A stretch of DNA of 64,000 nt, taken from contig OX597818.1 in NCBI GenBank assembly GCA_951406725.2, positions 99,696,001 through 99,760,000 on the forward strand, in the 5' to 3' direction. Positions 27,400 through 42,497 of this stretch are shown piece by piece; position 1 is the first letter of the stretch; each line of letters starts with the position of its first letter. This DNA is from Octopus vulgaris. Taxonomy: Eukaryota. The position numbers and the translations under genes are program-made. Below the pieces are notes generated by a model, which worked only from the letters and a program-made list of their open reading frames with translations, ran no database searches and was not told the DNA's origin.

Positions 27400-27822
27400 T
27401 TATCTCGACTGTATTTCAATCATTGAACTGTGGCTATGCTGGGGCACCGACTTGAAGTAGTTGTTTTTATTTGAACAGATCTAACCTAGCGCTCATTGTT
27501 TGGTACTAACACGTATTATCTCTGTTACTTTACTGAACGGCTGAGTTACGAGGGCGTAGCAAACCAACACCGGTAATGAAGCTGGTGGTAGGTGCAAAGA
27601 CGGACAGACAGAAAGACAGACAGATACATACACACACGTACACATACGCATACGCAACACACACATATATTCCTATATGACAGGCTTTCACAGTCTCCGT
27701 CTACAAAATTCATTCGGTAGCCAATAGCCTGCACAGCGTTACAGTAGGAGATACTTGACCAAGGTGCTGCACAATGGGACTCAATCCGAAACTACATGCT
27801 TGCAAAGCAAGTTTCTAAACCA
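27400..27822 (-). mobile_element. Old, degenerate SINE family B copy
   Basis: ctgtggctatgctggggcacc..acaggcttt..tccgtctac..acttgaccaaggtgctgc..gggact is collinear with 35443-35880. Confidence 0.7.
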
Positions 27823-28449
27823 ATTTCTAATTTGTCGTATATTAGAATAAAGATGTTCAAATTTCTGATAAACAAAGTATACATCTTAGGGTGCCGTTAA
27901 GAAAGTTTCTTTTCTTTCTGAAATTGAATGTATGACACTTTTTAAAGTATCATGAAGTTCTGTTTTGCTAGTCAAAATGTCTGAAGTGTGATGCGTAATG
28001 AGGTTCAGTAATATATGAATAACAAAACCGACGCTCACATTACATAAGTGTATATCTGAAACACATTTGATAGTATGTGATATAGGCGCCGTTGTATTAA
28101 GGTGATAGGTTTAGATACGTCTATATGAAGGAGTTCTGTTGCTGATCCTTCTTGTATCAGTACATAGATATTTAGATTGTGCTTACAATTTCGTCGTAGT
28201 AGAGTCATATGAACTTTAAAAGGCATTTATATTCACGTTTCTTTTATTACTTTTACGCAATCATATTATATACACTAAGATATGAAGATACTTTCTCATA
28301 GATATACAAACTAGACATTAATACGATATTTTATTGTATTTATTCTAAGTGAGATTGTATAGAACGAAAAACTGATGATAAAACAAAAGGAAATTTTACT
28401 GTGTATTTGATTTAACGGTGAACAGGCCTCTCTATGTAAGCAATTGTTA

Positions 28450-28507
<58 letters not shown>

Positions 28508-28660
28508 ATCTAAATATTTGTATAAGTTTGAAAGAGAGTTGTGCACCCTAATGGATTTCAGAAGAAAATGGAGATTGCGTTTGTGTCCATGTTTCATTAT
28601 TTAATAAAGAACTTCCATAAAAAACACAGCAAATAGATATTATAAACTGTAAAAACAAAT

Positions 28661-28709
<49 letters not shown>

Positions 28710-28836
28710 CTATCTATATACAGTATTGCTACAACATACAATGTTGAAGTAGTATCACTCTCTTTCTCTCTCTCTCTCTCTCTCTCAGACGCACACAGAG
28801 GAATATTCATACATTTAATCATATATACATATATAC

Positions 28837-28882
<46 letters not shown>

Positions 28883-29339
28883 CTTGTATATCAATGTCAT
28901 ATAATTGTATGTTCTAAAAATAACTACATTTCTTTGGCAACTTGTTCCTTTCTTCTCGAACATACAGCAATTTTCGTGGTGTATCAATTTGTTTTGACAA
29001 CTGAGCTAAGAATATTCGATTAAAATTTAATATAATTTTAGAATTTGCACGAAGAGCGTAATTTATAAGTTTCTCAGTGAAGAATTTATAGTCGTTGTCT
29101 TATTCTTGAACTTGTAGCTGTCGTTGTTGTTGTTGTTGTTGTTGTTGTAGTTATTTTAATATCTACTCAACTATTCATTTTGCTTTTGTCTGCGACTCCA
29201 TCAAAGAAGGCTCCATAAATATGTTATCGTGCCTTAGCTATAACTGTATCTTTCGTGTTCTTCAATTAAAGAGTATTGTTGATCAAGGGCGTCAATTCTA
29301 GTGACATTTAAATGACAAGAACAGGAAAAACCAAACTGC

Positions 29340-29365
29340 ATTAATAATAATGATATTACTACTGC

Positions 29366-29443
<78 letters not shown>

Positions 29444-29600
29444 CATTATTATTATTATTATTATTATTATTGTTATTGTTATTATTATTGTTGTTGTTAT
29501 TATTATAATAATCATTATTATTATTATGGATAAAAATAATGATGATGATGATGACGATGATATTGATGATAACAACAACAACAATAATAATGATAATAAA
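29340..29600. repeat. (ATT)n/(GAT)n compound microsatellite
   Basis: Directly visible. Confidence 0.92.
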
Positions 29601-29849
29601 CCATCATCATATGATGTCAGATACTTTTTTTTTTAAATTCACATTTACTCTTTCCAGTGAACTATTCTTAGAATATTAGATATATCTGTGCACTTAGTGG
29701 AAACATAATAGCAGTTTTTTTTTTTCAAAAGTGAACCACCGTTCGATAACATTATATATATATATGTGCGTGTGTGTGTGTGTGTGCGTGCAGGCGTGAG
29801 TACATATACATATATATATATATATACATATATATACACATACACATAC

Positions 29850-29937
<88 letters not shown>

Positions 29938-30129
29938 GTGTATATATATTGCTGCTAAGTAATTTTAACTTGATCAGGTAAAGATATCCATCCACCCAAA
30001 TAGCTACACAATTCATTGACCACTCTTCGTCATGTAAACCACTTTCTATTAGACACTGTTCAACTCTGTCTTTTTGTGGCTCCTTCTCTTTCTCTCTCTT
30101 TGAATATACATACATACATACATATATGG

Positions 30130-30185
<56 letters not shown>

Positions 30186-30198
30186 CATACATATACAT

Positions 30199-30241
<43 letters not shown>

Positions 30242-30250
30242 TAAATATGC

Positions 30251-30309
<59 letters not shown>

Positions 30310-30826
30310 TCAATGTGTACGTCTGACGAGATGTATATTTATTTATAACTTTAGTTGGTAATGCTTTACAATAATGTCTCTAATTTCTTTCTCTCCGTCT
30401 ACTCGAATAGTTTTCTATTTGCCATAATACATCATGACATAATATAATAATTATATATTACGATACAATATAATATAGTAACAGAACATGATATACACAC
30501 ATATATACATACATACATACATATATATATGTATATATACATATATATATATATGTATGATTGTGTATGTACTTACATATATACATGTGTATATATATAT
30601 ACATATACATATGTGTGTGTGTGTATATATATGTCTACATACACGTTTAAGTTCATCTTTAATATTCTATATTTTGTTTTATTGATTATTTGTGCTTGCA
30701 TATGAATCACATATTTTCATGTAGGTATCAGTTATTCCTGTTGATGCCGTTCTGCCCTGGTCAGCTCAGACCAAACGTACTTATGTTCGAATGTTTTCAA
30801 TCCGGTACTACTCTCTCTTTGTTATT

Positions 30827-31156
30827 GGGGTTGCTCAGTGGTTAGAGCGTCGAACTTACGATCGTGAGGTCGTGAGCTCGAATCCCGGACCGGGCTGCGT
30901 GTTGTGTTCTTAAGCAAGACACTTTATTTCACGTTGCTCCAGTTCACTCAGCTGTAGAAATGAGTTGTGAGTCACAGGTGCCAAGCTGTATCGGCCCTTG
31001 CCTTTCCCTTGGACAACATCGGTGGCGTGGAGAGGGGAGGCCGGTATGCATGGGCGACTGCTGGTCTTCCATAAAAAACAACCTTGCCCAGACTTGTGCC
31101 TCGGAGGGTAACTCTCTAAGTGCAAACCCATGGTCAGTATCTGACCGAAGGGTGTC
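30827..31156 (+). mobile_element. tRNA-derived SINE (family C) with Pol III A/B boxes and CORE-like segment
   Basis: A box tgctcagtgg, B box gagctcgaatccc, then gtgttcttaagcaagacacttt..cactcagctgtagaaatgagt. Confidence 0.8.
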
Positions 31157-31665
31157 ATCATGTCACCATGCCATGTATAACTGTGATAGTTAGAAGGACA
31201 TCATTTCCCGATCACTTCATTTCTCAAGACAGAAATTGTGCATCGAATATCTTGTTGATATTTATCGCATGATAGGTGAGGCTGGTCACAACCAGTCGCG
31301 TTTCTTTGATCTTATATACCTAAATTCCATTCTGCGCAGTGAATGAAGAAAAGATCGTTGGCGTTGCTGCAGAGATTGCAGAGTAGAGAACATTATATTT
31401 AATTTACTGTTTCTGAATCTTACACAGAGAAAACTATGTTAATTGAACGATAGCATTCTAATATTTAGCTGATCAATTGTCGTGCTGTGTTTGAAGTGAG
31501 CACGCTTCTTCAATTATTAAGCGGTAAAACATCTCCAGGTAGAGAAACGGTTTTAGTAAATTAACATTACGTTCAATAAGTGCATAGAGAATACTTCACC
31601 GCCAGTGGAGGAATGAAAGGAAGGAATACATACATACACACACATACCAACATATATACACAAAC

Positions 31666-31719
<54 letters not shown>

Positions 31720-31729
31720 GTATTTTTCC

Positions 31730-31806
<77 letters not shown>

Positions 31807-33092
31807 GGTATGTATGTATATATATGTGTGTGTGTGTGTGTGTACACACAAACCCACGCACACACACACTTATATGTTTATGTATATGCATTTATAAAAG
31901 ATAATAGTCCGGAATGGCAGAAAAATAGTCCCAATAGAGCAAGGAAAACTTAAAATAAAACAGCAATAACATCACTAATGCAGTAGAAAGAAACATATAA
32001 AGCAAAGAGTCGAATAAACTCGATGTAGCTTCCTAAACGAGTAGGGGGTTGCTGTCATTAAAGTTCTCTTGGGTAGTTGTACGACGGGAACATTAACGCT
32101 ACCTCTGACGTTGTAGCATCACAGCAGCGACTACATTAGCTTGCAATACCATCCTCTCCGGAGAATATATTTAATGGGCTCTGAACACACATTCCTTTGT
32201 TTCATTCTCTTCATTTATCGTTATTTTTCTTTTTTTGCTCATATTCATTTTTGTTCATTTGTTTTATTTGTTTCTTAATTGTTTTATCAAACAATTGGTA
32301 GAGTGATTATAGAAAACAGAAAACACATGCTCGCAGGCGGCGCCATAGTAATCGACCTTTGAGTTACTACTGAGTCTTTGGGGAACTTACGAGATCTGGC
32401 AAAACGATCATTCCCTGGCTTGGTGTTTATTTTATTTAATAATTTTCTTGTTGTTGTTGCTGTTTTATTTTGTTATTTTTACTGTTGTTTTTGATTTCAG
32501 TAATGATGTTGATTCGTATTTCTTCTGTTAATGCATCAAGGGTGACGAACAATTGCATATAGAAGCGCACAGAAGCACAAAACTAACGCAGATATGTCGA
32601 AGAACACTCATTTTAGCATACAGCACACATGCATGTATATGAATAAGAGAGGAAAAATATACGAATATATTTCCATACGTACAGACAAATCCCACTCATT
32701 TACATACATATGCATATATCAATGCATATATACATACCTATATACACGCATATAACGTAAACACCCATACACACAGACACACACACACATATATATATAT
32801 AATACAGACACATACATTCATAGTATATACATGAATGTAAATACAGACATATATATATACGTATGTATGTATATATATATATATATATATATATAACATG
32901 TTAAAATGCAGATATGCGTATTAAAATATAAACGTGGCGCATTATGGTGATCAATAGAAGCAAACATGAATATATTTCGTTGGAATCACATTCATTCCTT
33001 CTTTCTTTCTTTCTGTCTGTCTTTCTTTCTACACGCACACATATTATAAAGATATATATTTATACATAGATACATACATGCATACATACACG

Positions 33093-33133
<41 letters not shown>

Positions 33134-33711
33134 TTGCGTTTAAATTCATACATGGGCGTCTGTGCTTTGTTGTACCATTATCTTTATTTACTGGACGATC
33201 ATGCTACCAGAAACCTTTTTTAAAAGAGTTTTATACACGTCATATTAGAGACGAATATTCAACAATATACATAGGCATAAATAAAACTTAGTCCCATATA
33301 TATATATACATATATATATGAAGACCTGAAAAAATATCGATGAAAAAATTCATATCTGTTATTTTTTTATTCACCTATCTCAATCTATAATGTTTTAATC
33401 TGCATCAATCTGCATTAATCATCGCTTTCATCTAATATTTTTTTTTACATATTAAATATCACGTGCAGGAACCAATATTGATAGTTGCAACTGCACACAA
33501 TTATGTGAAACATTGATCGCATTACAAGGGTGGGGCTCCAGATCGATTGCTTCTTTGCAAGCTAATGTTAGTTTCGATAGAAATTTCAGCTCATAACCTA
33601 ATGAGGTGAACTCACATACTGTGATGTATTTCGCCCGGTGATCTAATGTTTCAACCATATCAATTGCAATTTAAACACATTATGTTTTATAGCTTAATTA
33701 AAACTTAACAT

Positions 33712-33872
33712 AAGCACAGGAACGCCTGTGTGGTTTAAGGAACTCAATTTGCAAACACGTAGTTTCAGGTTCAGTGCTACTGCGCGGCACCCTGGGTTAC
33801 TCTGATAGCATCTCCCCCACCAACCAAATACCTGTGAGCGAATCTGGGGGTCGGAAACCGTGTGGAAATCTG

Positions 33873-33875
<3 letters not shown>
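33712..33875 (+). mobile_element. Degenerate SINE family B head
   Basis: gcacagga..ctgtgtggt..ggttcagt..actgcgcggcaccctggg..tgtgag..ggaaac matches the reverse complement of 35720-35880. Confidence 0.6.
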
Positions 33876-33924
<49 letters not shown>

Positions 33925-34111
33925 TGAATATATATATATATATATATATTTTATGTATTGATTAAGTCTTTCCTTGTTTGTTTTGCAAAATAGTGGTTTT
34001 GTCTCTAATAATATTTTATATATATATATATATATATATTTGCAAATATATATATACCATGAATATATATATATATATATATTCATTTTTAAATATATAC
34101 ATATATATATT

Positions 34112-34155
<44 letters not shown>

Positions 34156-34273
34156 TATGCATATACATATGTATATATATATGTGCATATATATGTATAT
34201 ATTTATATATGTGTATATATATGTATATATTTCTATATGTGTATATATATTTATATATGTGTATATATATTTA

Positions 34274-34338
<65 letters not shown>

Positions 34339-35442
34339 GTATATATATATATTGCCATATTTGTATGGGCAGAAGAAAACTGCACTCACGATTTATATTG
34401 TCTTGATCATGTTCACCGTACAATGGCGTTCCCTTTAAATTTCTCTTGTCGAAAAGCAGGCCGAACTAAAAATGTTTGCTAGTCTGAGAGAAATGTCTCT
34501 GCGTTATATGTAATTTATAGCATCGCTCATACTTCTTTTTCTTATGAGATATTGACAGGATCTTTTCACCATCTACGAAAATTTAGTTTTTCTCTGAGTG
34601 GCAGCTATCAGACATCATACCATGTATTACTCAGCCGCACAGCTGAATGTAGCTTTAACTAAAAATGTTGCTGTTGTGTTCATATTTATTGATATTACTT
34701 GGGTGGTTCAAATTTGTGTATATATGGGTTGGTGCTCGTTGTTTTGAACGGCTTATCTGGCCTCCAAGTCGAAGTTAGATGTTGCGTCAATGGAGTTTAT
34801 AAATTACAGATTTTCATTGATTGACACTCTCAGGTTGAATATGTTGAAAGCTGGTCTGTGTCTTTTGTACTTTTACGAAAAAGCAAGCAGTATGTTTTCT
34901 ACTGTATAGATTATTTAAACTAATAAATTTTGTCCTAGCATGCTTGTTTTTATCTATTTCATTAAAATATATATCTCCAAAGGACATTTGTAAACAGCTC
35001 ACGAAAGATCAATGCCTACTAGATGTAATACAATTTGTTTATACCGATATAAACAATTTCGTAGCATGTACACACATTTTTAGGGCGGTGTATAGACGAT
35101 TTGATATCTAAAAGCAAATAATTGACCACTACTTAATTTCTTCAAACTACGAATGATGAAAGCAAAGTCGACTCCAATAGAATTTATGCTTTCAACATAA
35201 AGGGACATAATTAAATCCCATTAGGAATGTATTCCAGCATTTCACCGTCTTGCTATTACATAGCAATAATAATAATAACGACAATAATAATATTGATAAT
35301 AAAACTAATGATTTCTAAATTTGGCACAAGGCCACACATTCTTAAACGATTAATGTTGTCGATTCAATCGATTCAACTCGAGCATACGTCATCGATCTCC
35401 AAAGACTGTGAAATATCGAGTCAACATTGGTATGTTTTAATA

Positions 35443-35629
35443 TCTCTTTTACTCTTTTACTTGTTTCAGTCATTTGACTGCGGCCATGCTGGATTACCGC
35501 CTTTAATCGAGCAACTCGACCCCGGGACTATTCTTTTGTAAGCCCAGTACTTATTCTATCGGTATTTTTTGCCGAACCGCTAAGTAACGGGGACATAAAC
35601 ATGCCAAATTGTGAAGCAATGCTAGGGGA

Positions 35630-35703
<74 letters not shown>

Positions 35704-35880
35704 CATACATATATACGACGGGCTTCTTTCAGTTTCCGTCTACCAAATCCACTCACAAGGCTTTGGGCGGCCCGAGGCTATAGCAGAAGACACTTGCACA
35801 AGGTGCCATGCAGTAGGACTGAACTCGGAACCATGTGGTTGGTAGACAAGCTACTTATCACACAGCCACTCCTGCGCCTA
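35443..35880 (-). mobile_element. SINE family B, near full length (tRNA head, CORE-like domain, internal microsatellite)
   Basis: Minus strand begins aggcgcaggagtggctgtgtg (A box), then gagttcagtcc (B box) and ggcaccttgtgcaagtgtcttct (CORE-like), and ends in a gagtaaaa-type repeat tail. Confidence 0.9.
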
Positions 35881-36239
35881 CGCAGGAGTGGCTAAGTAAT
35901 ATTTTAGTTCAAATCCTGCCGAGATCATCTTCACGTTTCCTGATCTTTAGATAAATGCAATAAAACACTGAAATGAACCAGTTAGTAACACTACTATATT
36001 CGCTGCGTTCAAATTCCACCAAACTTAGCAATACCCTTCATCTCCTTGGGATCGATAAAATCAATAGATCGAATTGGTTGTGTAGCTGAAAGGCGTACAA
36101 CTCAAACATGATTAAATGATTGTTTGTGGCGGAACAAGATGGAGGTATTTTCAAGATGAACTACAATAAGTGTCTAATGAAGAAATATGCATTAAATAAT
36201 TGCAGAATTTATAAAGAATGGGAAGAAACCATTAATCAA

Positions 36240-37060
36240 ATTGTCTCTAACTTTGTTGTCATAACAAAGAAAGCAGGCACGGCTGATGGTACTACCATGC
36301 ATGTAGAGTTTATCACGAATCGGATATACTCCTCTGGTAACACTACTTGGTTAGGGATTTCAGGAAGTTATCTATTAGCCCCAGCTCGAAAGTCCCCCAG
36401 AAAAAAAAACTAGCCAGTTGATCTTGATCGTCGCTCAAGGATTTCCCGAGCACATCATCGTTCTTAACCACATTTGTTCGTCTATAGAACGGAACGCTAA
36501 TCTAGATCTTAAAGCGACTTCATTGATCGACAAATATATATCTGTTAGAAAGACGAGCTGCAGAAAAACGCATCTGGTAAATGAGGACTATCTTTTCAAC
36601 GCCAAGTAAACACTGGAGATCTCGTAGCCTCAGTGCATGTGTGCGTATTATTAGCTCTGATATACCCAGTGCTCCGTGCCTGGAACGTTGATTGACAGCA
36701 AATTGATAATCTGTCCAACGGAACGTGCCCCATCTATAGAATACAGAAGAGCAAGCGCTACATTCTGGTCAGCCATCAAACGGAACAGGGTAAGACGGTT
36801 AAGCAGTAACATCTGATGGATGGGGGTATTCCTTTCCCCCACCTGACACCTCAGGGAAAATTTCATCTTGGTCCGTTTTTGGATGAGATTGGCCTCCTTG
36901 CTCGCCATATCTTTGAGTTTTTGTTTAACTGGAGGTCTGGAACGAACCAATTGTAAATGGAGCAGTTTAAACGGCCTGATTGTCCAGAGCCCCATGGTTT
37001 TGTTGGATGGCATGAACCTTCCAGCTGACAACAGATGGGTCTTTGTAAAGTTTTAACAAA
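36240..37060 (-). mobile_element. Decayed Tx1/L1-clade LINE ORF2 fragment (post-RT region to zf-RVT-like motif)
   Basis: Frame-shifted peptides WFVPDLQLNKN, LIQKRTKMKFSLR..NRLTL and RGVYPIRDKLYMHGSTISRACFLC resemble the L1/Tx1 C-terminus. Confidence 0.65.
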
Positions 37061-37471
37061 AACTCAGAGTAATTTTCAACAAAATTTAACAAACCGTACT
37101 TCAGCATGGCCGCAGTTAAATAACTGAAACAAGTTGAAGAATAAAAGAATAAGCCCTCGGGAGACGATACGACCACGTCCAACATAAATGGAAATAACAG
37201 CACCAAGGGCAACGACCTCAGCAGCAACAATGATAACAATAATAATAATCGGAACGACGACGACGACGACGATGATGATAATGATGATGATGATGATGAT
37301 GTTGATGATGTTTTGGCACAATGCCAATAATTTTGAAGTGAGGTGTTTATTCGATAGTTTCGATATCATAACATGATTGGTACTTATTTTGTCAACTTCG
37401 AAAGGATGAATGGCGTGGTTCATCTCGGTGGGTTATGAGATCAGACGGAAGAAATAATGGTAATAATAATA

Positions 37472-37968
37472 ATGGCTTCTGATAGGAAGTGTTATCATGA
37501 ACCTTATTTTGTGTCGGTATAAAAGATGGGCTACAACAAATATTCTGCTCAATACCACAGATTTGCTCGTCAGTTGCTTGACCGAAACCAGTTGAGCATG
37601 TCCCTTGATGGCTGTCGATATGTGCACCTCTGATCACGAACAGAGGTAGTGTTGGGAGGCATAATAGCCATATGTTGAAAGGGATACTTTGGGATTTGAA
37701 TAATTCACATGAAGAAACATTCTTAAACAAGTCTAATTCAGGGACCTTTTGAGCAGGATGGGCCACTCAACCTGAGAAAAATTCTAAGTTGGCTCCACCT
37801 GCAAGGTCATGCGCTATTTATCTTGACATAAGATCACCATGTCGTGCACACGTGGTTGTGATGCATGTGCCTAGTGTACCCTTATCAGACGGGTAGTCAT
37901 GATGGGTATATACTGGGTTTCGTATATTTTATCCCAGTGTCATTTGATGGCATGCACTGCTCTCTCAC
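37472..37968 (+). repeat. Unclassified interspersed repeat following a short (AAT)n run
   Basis: GC-richer block with sharp boundaries between SINE fragments. Single copy here, so repeat status is an inference. Confidence 0.4.
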
Positions 37969-37974
37969 ACATAT

Positions 37975-38206
37975 GGCGGTGAGCTGGTAGAAACGTTAGC
38001 ACGCCGAGCGAAATGCGTAGCCGTATTTCGTATGCCGTTACGTTCGAAGTTCAAATCCCGCCGAAGTCGACTTTGCCTTTCATCCTTTTGGGGTCGATAA
38101 ATTAAGTACCAGTTACGCACTGGGGTCGATATAATCGACTTAATCCGTTTGTCTGTCCTTGTTTGTCCTCTCTGTGTTTAGCCCATTGTGGGTAGTAAAG
38201 AAATAG
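37975..38206 (+). mobile_element. SINE family A, full-length monomer
   Basis: ggcggtgagctggtagaa head, B box gttcaaatccc, tail gtaaagaaatag; possible short TSD ATAT(GG). Confidence 0.92.
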
Positions 38207-38987
38207 ATATGGGTCATCCTTCCCACAACAACAACAACAACAAAAACAGCAGCAATAACAACAACAACTACAACAACCACAGCAGCAGCAGCAATAGCAA
38301 CAACAACAAAGATTTCAGTAATAATAAAACTCGAGAAAAAAAATAAAGACGGGTGCAATAATATTAATATTAGTTATAAAAATAAATTAATAAGCAAAAC
38401 ATAAGCAAATATCATAAGAGCAAGTTCAACAACATTTCTATTGCTGAAAATATTATTGATTTTTCTTTGCGAAAAACTAATTATTTACTTCTATCACTAA
38501 ATTTGATTTTTGTTCATTTATATAGTATTTTTATTTTCTTTTTCCAGTATTTGGCAAAGCATATTGGAATTGCTGTTCCGGTTATAGATTCAAAAATTCA
38601 ATTTAGATATAAGACAAACACATAAAATGCTATATACGTACACACATACATTTACACACGCACATGCATATATATGTGTGTGTATGTGCGTACTATCGTT
38701 ATATATATAAGTATATATAAGCTTATATAATATGGATGTATATGTGTATAATATATATATATATATATCTTATATATATATATCCATATGATATACGTTT
38801 ATATATGAGTATTATATATGTAATATATTAAATGCATTATATATTGTATATTATACATATATATATATATATATTATTCCTTAATATTCATTTACAAATA
38901 TATATATATATATATATAAATCTAAAATAATATTAAACATACATATGCATATGATATATGTATGGATAATAAATACATGTATGTATG

Positions 38988-39049
<62 letters not shown>

Positions 39050-40463
39050 CACGTATGTATAGGCATGTAGTTATGTCTGCATATACATTTATGCATATAT
39101 CAACATAGCCGTAAACATTTATATACTCCATATTCTCGCAGATGAAACATAAAGAACTACACCTCACTTCATGAAATTTTATAAGTTGAGAAAAATATAT
39201 GTAACTGATTGAAGTTTTATTTTTCTCCAAAGAATACGTGAACATTTCGTATAATTGAATATATGCGAAAATCGTTACATTTTTAACGGTTTATCTTTAA
39301 TTTTTACCGTTTTCGTTGGTTTCGTTTCTTTAGGTTCACATTCTCTTCTAAAGAACAAGTGGATATGATAAACAAAATTAAATGTTCATATAGTCTTAAC
39401 GCTTTCTATGAACTTTTATCTCAATATATTCCTTTGGAACTCGCAAATATGCGCCATTAAGGGAATAATGCATGAAGGCACATTTTACATATATACTTAT
39501 ATAAGTACATGCATAATAGATAGGTTGCTAAATTTATACATGCATACAAGTATACATACACAAATCAGGCAGACATATATACGTCTATAAATTCCCTAAA
39601 AATATTCATGCGTACATATATACTTATACACACACATACACACACACATATGTATATACATATTTATAGTGCGTGGTTGTATATATTTGTATGTGTACGT
39701 GAACCTGTGTGTGTGTGAATGTGTACGTGTATGGGCGCGTGAAAAATGTCATTCCCTTACTTTCACATTCGAACATTGATTCGGATACTCGCGTGAAGTG
39801 ATGGTATAAATTTCATGGCAGACATATAACTTACTACATAAGGCCTACAAGAACGTAATGTACATGCACAGGCATACATACTTTAGAGCACGACATTATA
39901 CTTTAAAATCCTACGCGCGCATGCGTTCTAACAATGTATATACATAGATGTATAAGTCTGTGTGATCGTGTTTCTGAGCATCCGCCGTTAGCATGCGTAT
40001 GAATTTGTGAGTATCTCCGTATTTAGTTGCACCATTTCAAGTATAGAGAGTACCATATATATGTATATATTTAGAGCAATCATCAGCTGCATAAAAATAT
40101 AGAATTTAGTTAAACTATTGAAAAGGTTGCAAGACGCAACGAAAATTTTCGGACAATAAAAATAAGAAACAAGTGGAAATTACATAATAAAGCACAAAAA
40201 GAAAATGATTCTCCCCAGACACAACAGAATATGCTTCAACACACGAACTCATGTAACGAATCTGGCTAAGCTAACCAAATACCAAAACGAAATATATATA
40301 TATATATATAAATGTGTAGGATGAAACGATCGTACCACATTACTTCGGATATACTTGTTGCGTATTTTGATTATAATCACCCCATGGATTTATATTGACA
40401 ATACCATAAAAAAATTCTGGTGCCTTTGACTTAAGTACTATATTCATCTGAATCTAAATTTTG

Positions 40464-40503
<40 letters not shown>

Positions 40504-40944
40504 ATATATATATAATATATCTATATATTTATATATAAATATACAGGCGAAATTCATTGTTTCTAACATAAATCCATTCATTACGTACTTTACGGCATTT
40601 CATTTAAATAACTGTACAGCAATCACTGCATCAGCTATCTGCACACCTCAGCGGAGGAATTTAAATGATGGATGCACGAGAGAGAAAGAAAGAGAGAGAC
40701 AGAGGAGAAAGTAAGAGAATGAAAATAGAGAGAGAAATAGAAAGACAGATGGAGAGAAAAGGAGAGAAAGAGACAAAGCTTATGTTTAAGATGTGTGAAG
40801 TATGGCGACGTTATTTTTTGTATAAAATATATTATTATAATAGTAGACAAAATTGCGTGGCACTATTGCAAGATGCTCACGAGGTCTATGCTTATTGAAT
40901 TAGTAAAGTTTTAACGCAGCTTGTGTGGAAGAGGGTTGGATTCA

Positions 40945-41055
40945 GAGGGCTGGAGAAGAATGGATTGCTGTATCATCTGAGTAACAATGAGCTTTGTTGG
41001 AGTTCAGTAGTAGGTCGTTATTGTAAGAAAGGAAAATGTTTGGATAAGCTCTGTT
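40945..41055 (-). mobile_element. Non-LTR reverse transcriptase fragment
   Basis: [30 protein letters not shown] resembles the P.LF.I.INDL...YADD RT motif region. Confidence 0.65.
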
Positions 41056-41113
41056 TGTATCTGCGCACATATCTTTTGAAATAATTAGAATATATTTGGA
41101 TACGCTCCTGTAC

Positions 41114-41173
<60 letters not shown>

Positions 41174-41276
41174 AGATATGTGTGTATATATATATATATA
41201 TATGTATATACATGTTTGTACATATATATGTATATACATATGTGTACATATATTAATGTACATATGTGTACATATA

Positions 41277-41313
<37 letters not shown>

Positions 41314-42262
41314 GTACATATATATATACATATGTACATATATATATATACATATATGTACATATGTATATATATATATGTACATATGTACATATGTATA
41401 TATATATATATATATACATATATATTAATATATATGTACATATATGTACACACATGTATATACATATATATATATTTATATATATATATACACGGTTGAT
41501 ATGTATGCATATATATATGTATGTCAATCATTCATTGCACACCTCCTCCATTGTTTTTTATTGTTGTTTTCACTTTTATTTCAGTTCCCCGCTTATCTGA
41601 CTCAACGTACTATAATTTGTTTATCTGTTTCCTCTTTGCCTCATTATGTTACTCCATTTATTTGTTTAATTTTTCAGTGTCTGGTTAGCCATGTGTATGT
41701 ATGTATGTATGTATGTATGTGTGTGTGTACAAATTATATGCGCATATATGGATGCGTGTATGTATGTACGCCTGCATTTATGGATATATATATATATATA
41801 TATATATTTGGTTATAAATAGCATGACGTCGCCCATGTCTAATTAAACTCGCTTTCGTTTGCAGACGTGATCAAAGACTTTGCATGATAAGTGCTGCTTT
41901 GAACGTATTTATGGAAGTGATTCTCCGTGTTTCATATGCCGTGCAGCACGTTTCATGTTGCCGCAAGCTATGTGCTTGCTCTCATGATACTGAATACCAA
42001 TATAATATTCTCGTATGTTTCGCGCATATTTTTGGAATTAGAATATGTTGTTCTGTAGGTGAGTTAAATCACTATTGCAAGGTATGGTCACCAAAGGAAT
42101 AAATTCTAGGCGGTAAGGTAAATACAGACTGGATTGGGGCGTATTTTGTGATAACTTCGTAATATGTGCCGTCAATGTCTAACTACTGGTTTCACGCATA
42201 CCCTCGGATACGGAGTAACGTCCATCCGCATTGTGTATACGTATATATATATATATATATAC

Positions 42263-42415
42263 ATTTTTCTCTCTCCTTGTTTTTTCTGTGCCCTTTCTGT
42301 AGAAGAGCGTAGGATCGAAACGTAAAAGACTTTTTCTATTCCTGAGCGTTATACTAATACATCTGTTTGTTTTGTACACCACCTATCTTCGTCTTTTGTT
42401 TTTTTCGTAAACTCT

Positions 42416-42420
<5 letters not shown>
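42263..42420 (+). mobile_element. Penelope-like pLTR remnant (HHR family 2); HHR-like fold at 42293-42328
   Basis: cttt-CTGTAGA-a-gagcgtaggatc-GAAA-cg-TA-aaag; (TA)n on both sides. Confidence 0.65.

Positions 42421-42497
<77 letters not shown>

Noticed and set aside
30321-30335. Canonical CTGACGA hammerhead core word
   Set aside because: No downstream helix II or GAAA.
30827-30897. tRNA gene
   Set aside because: A and B boxes are present, but there is no closed acceptor stem and it runs into a SINE body.
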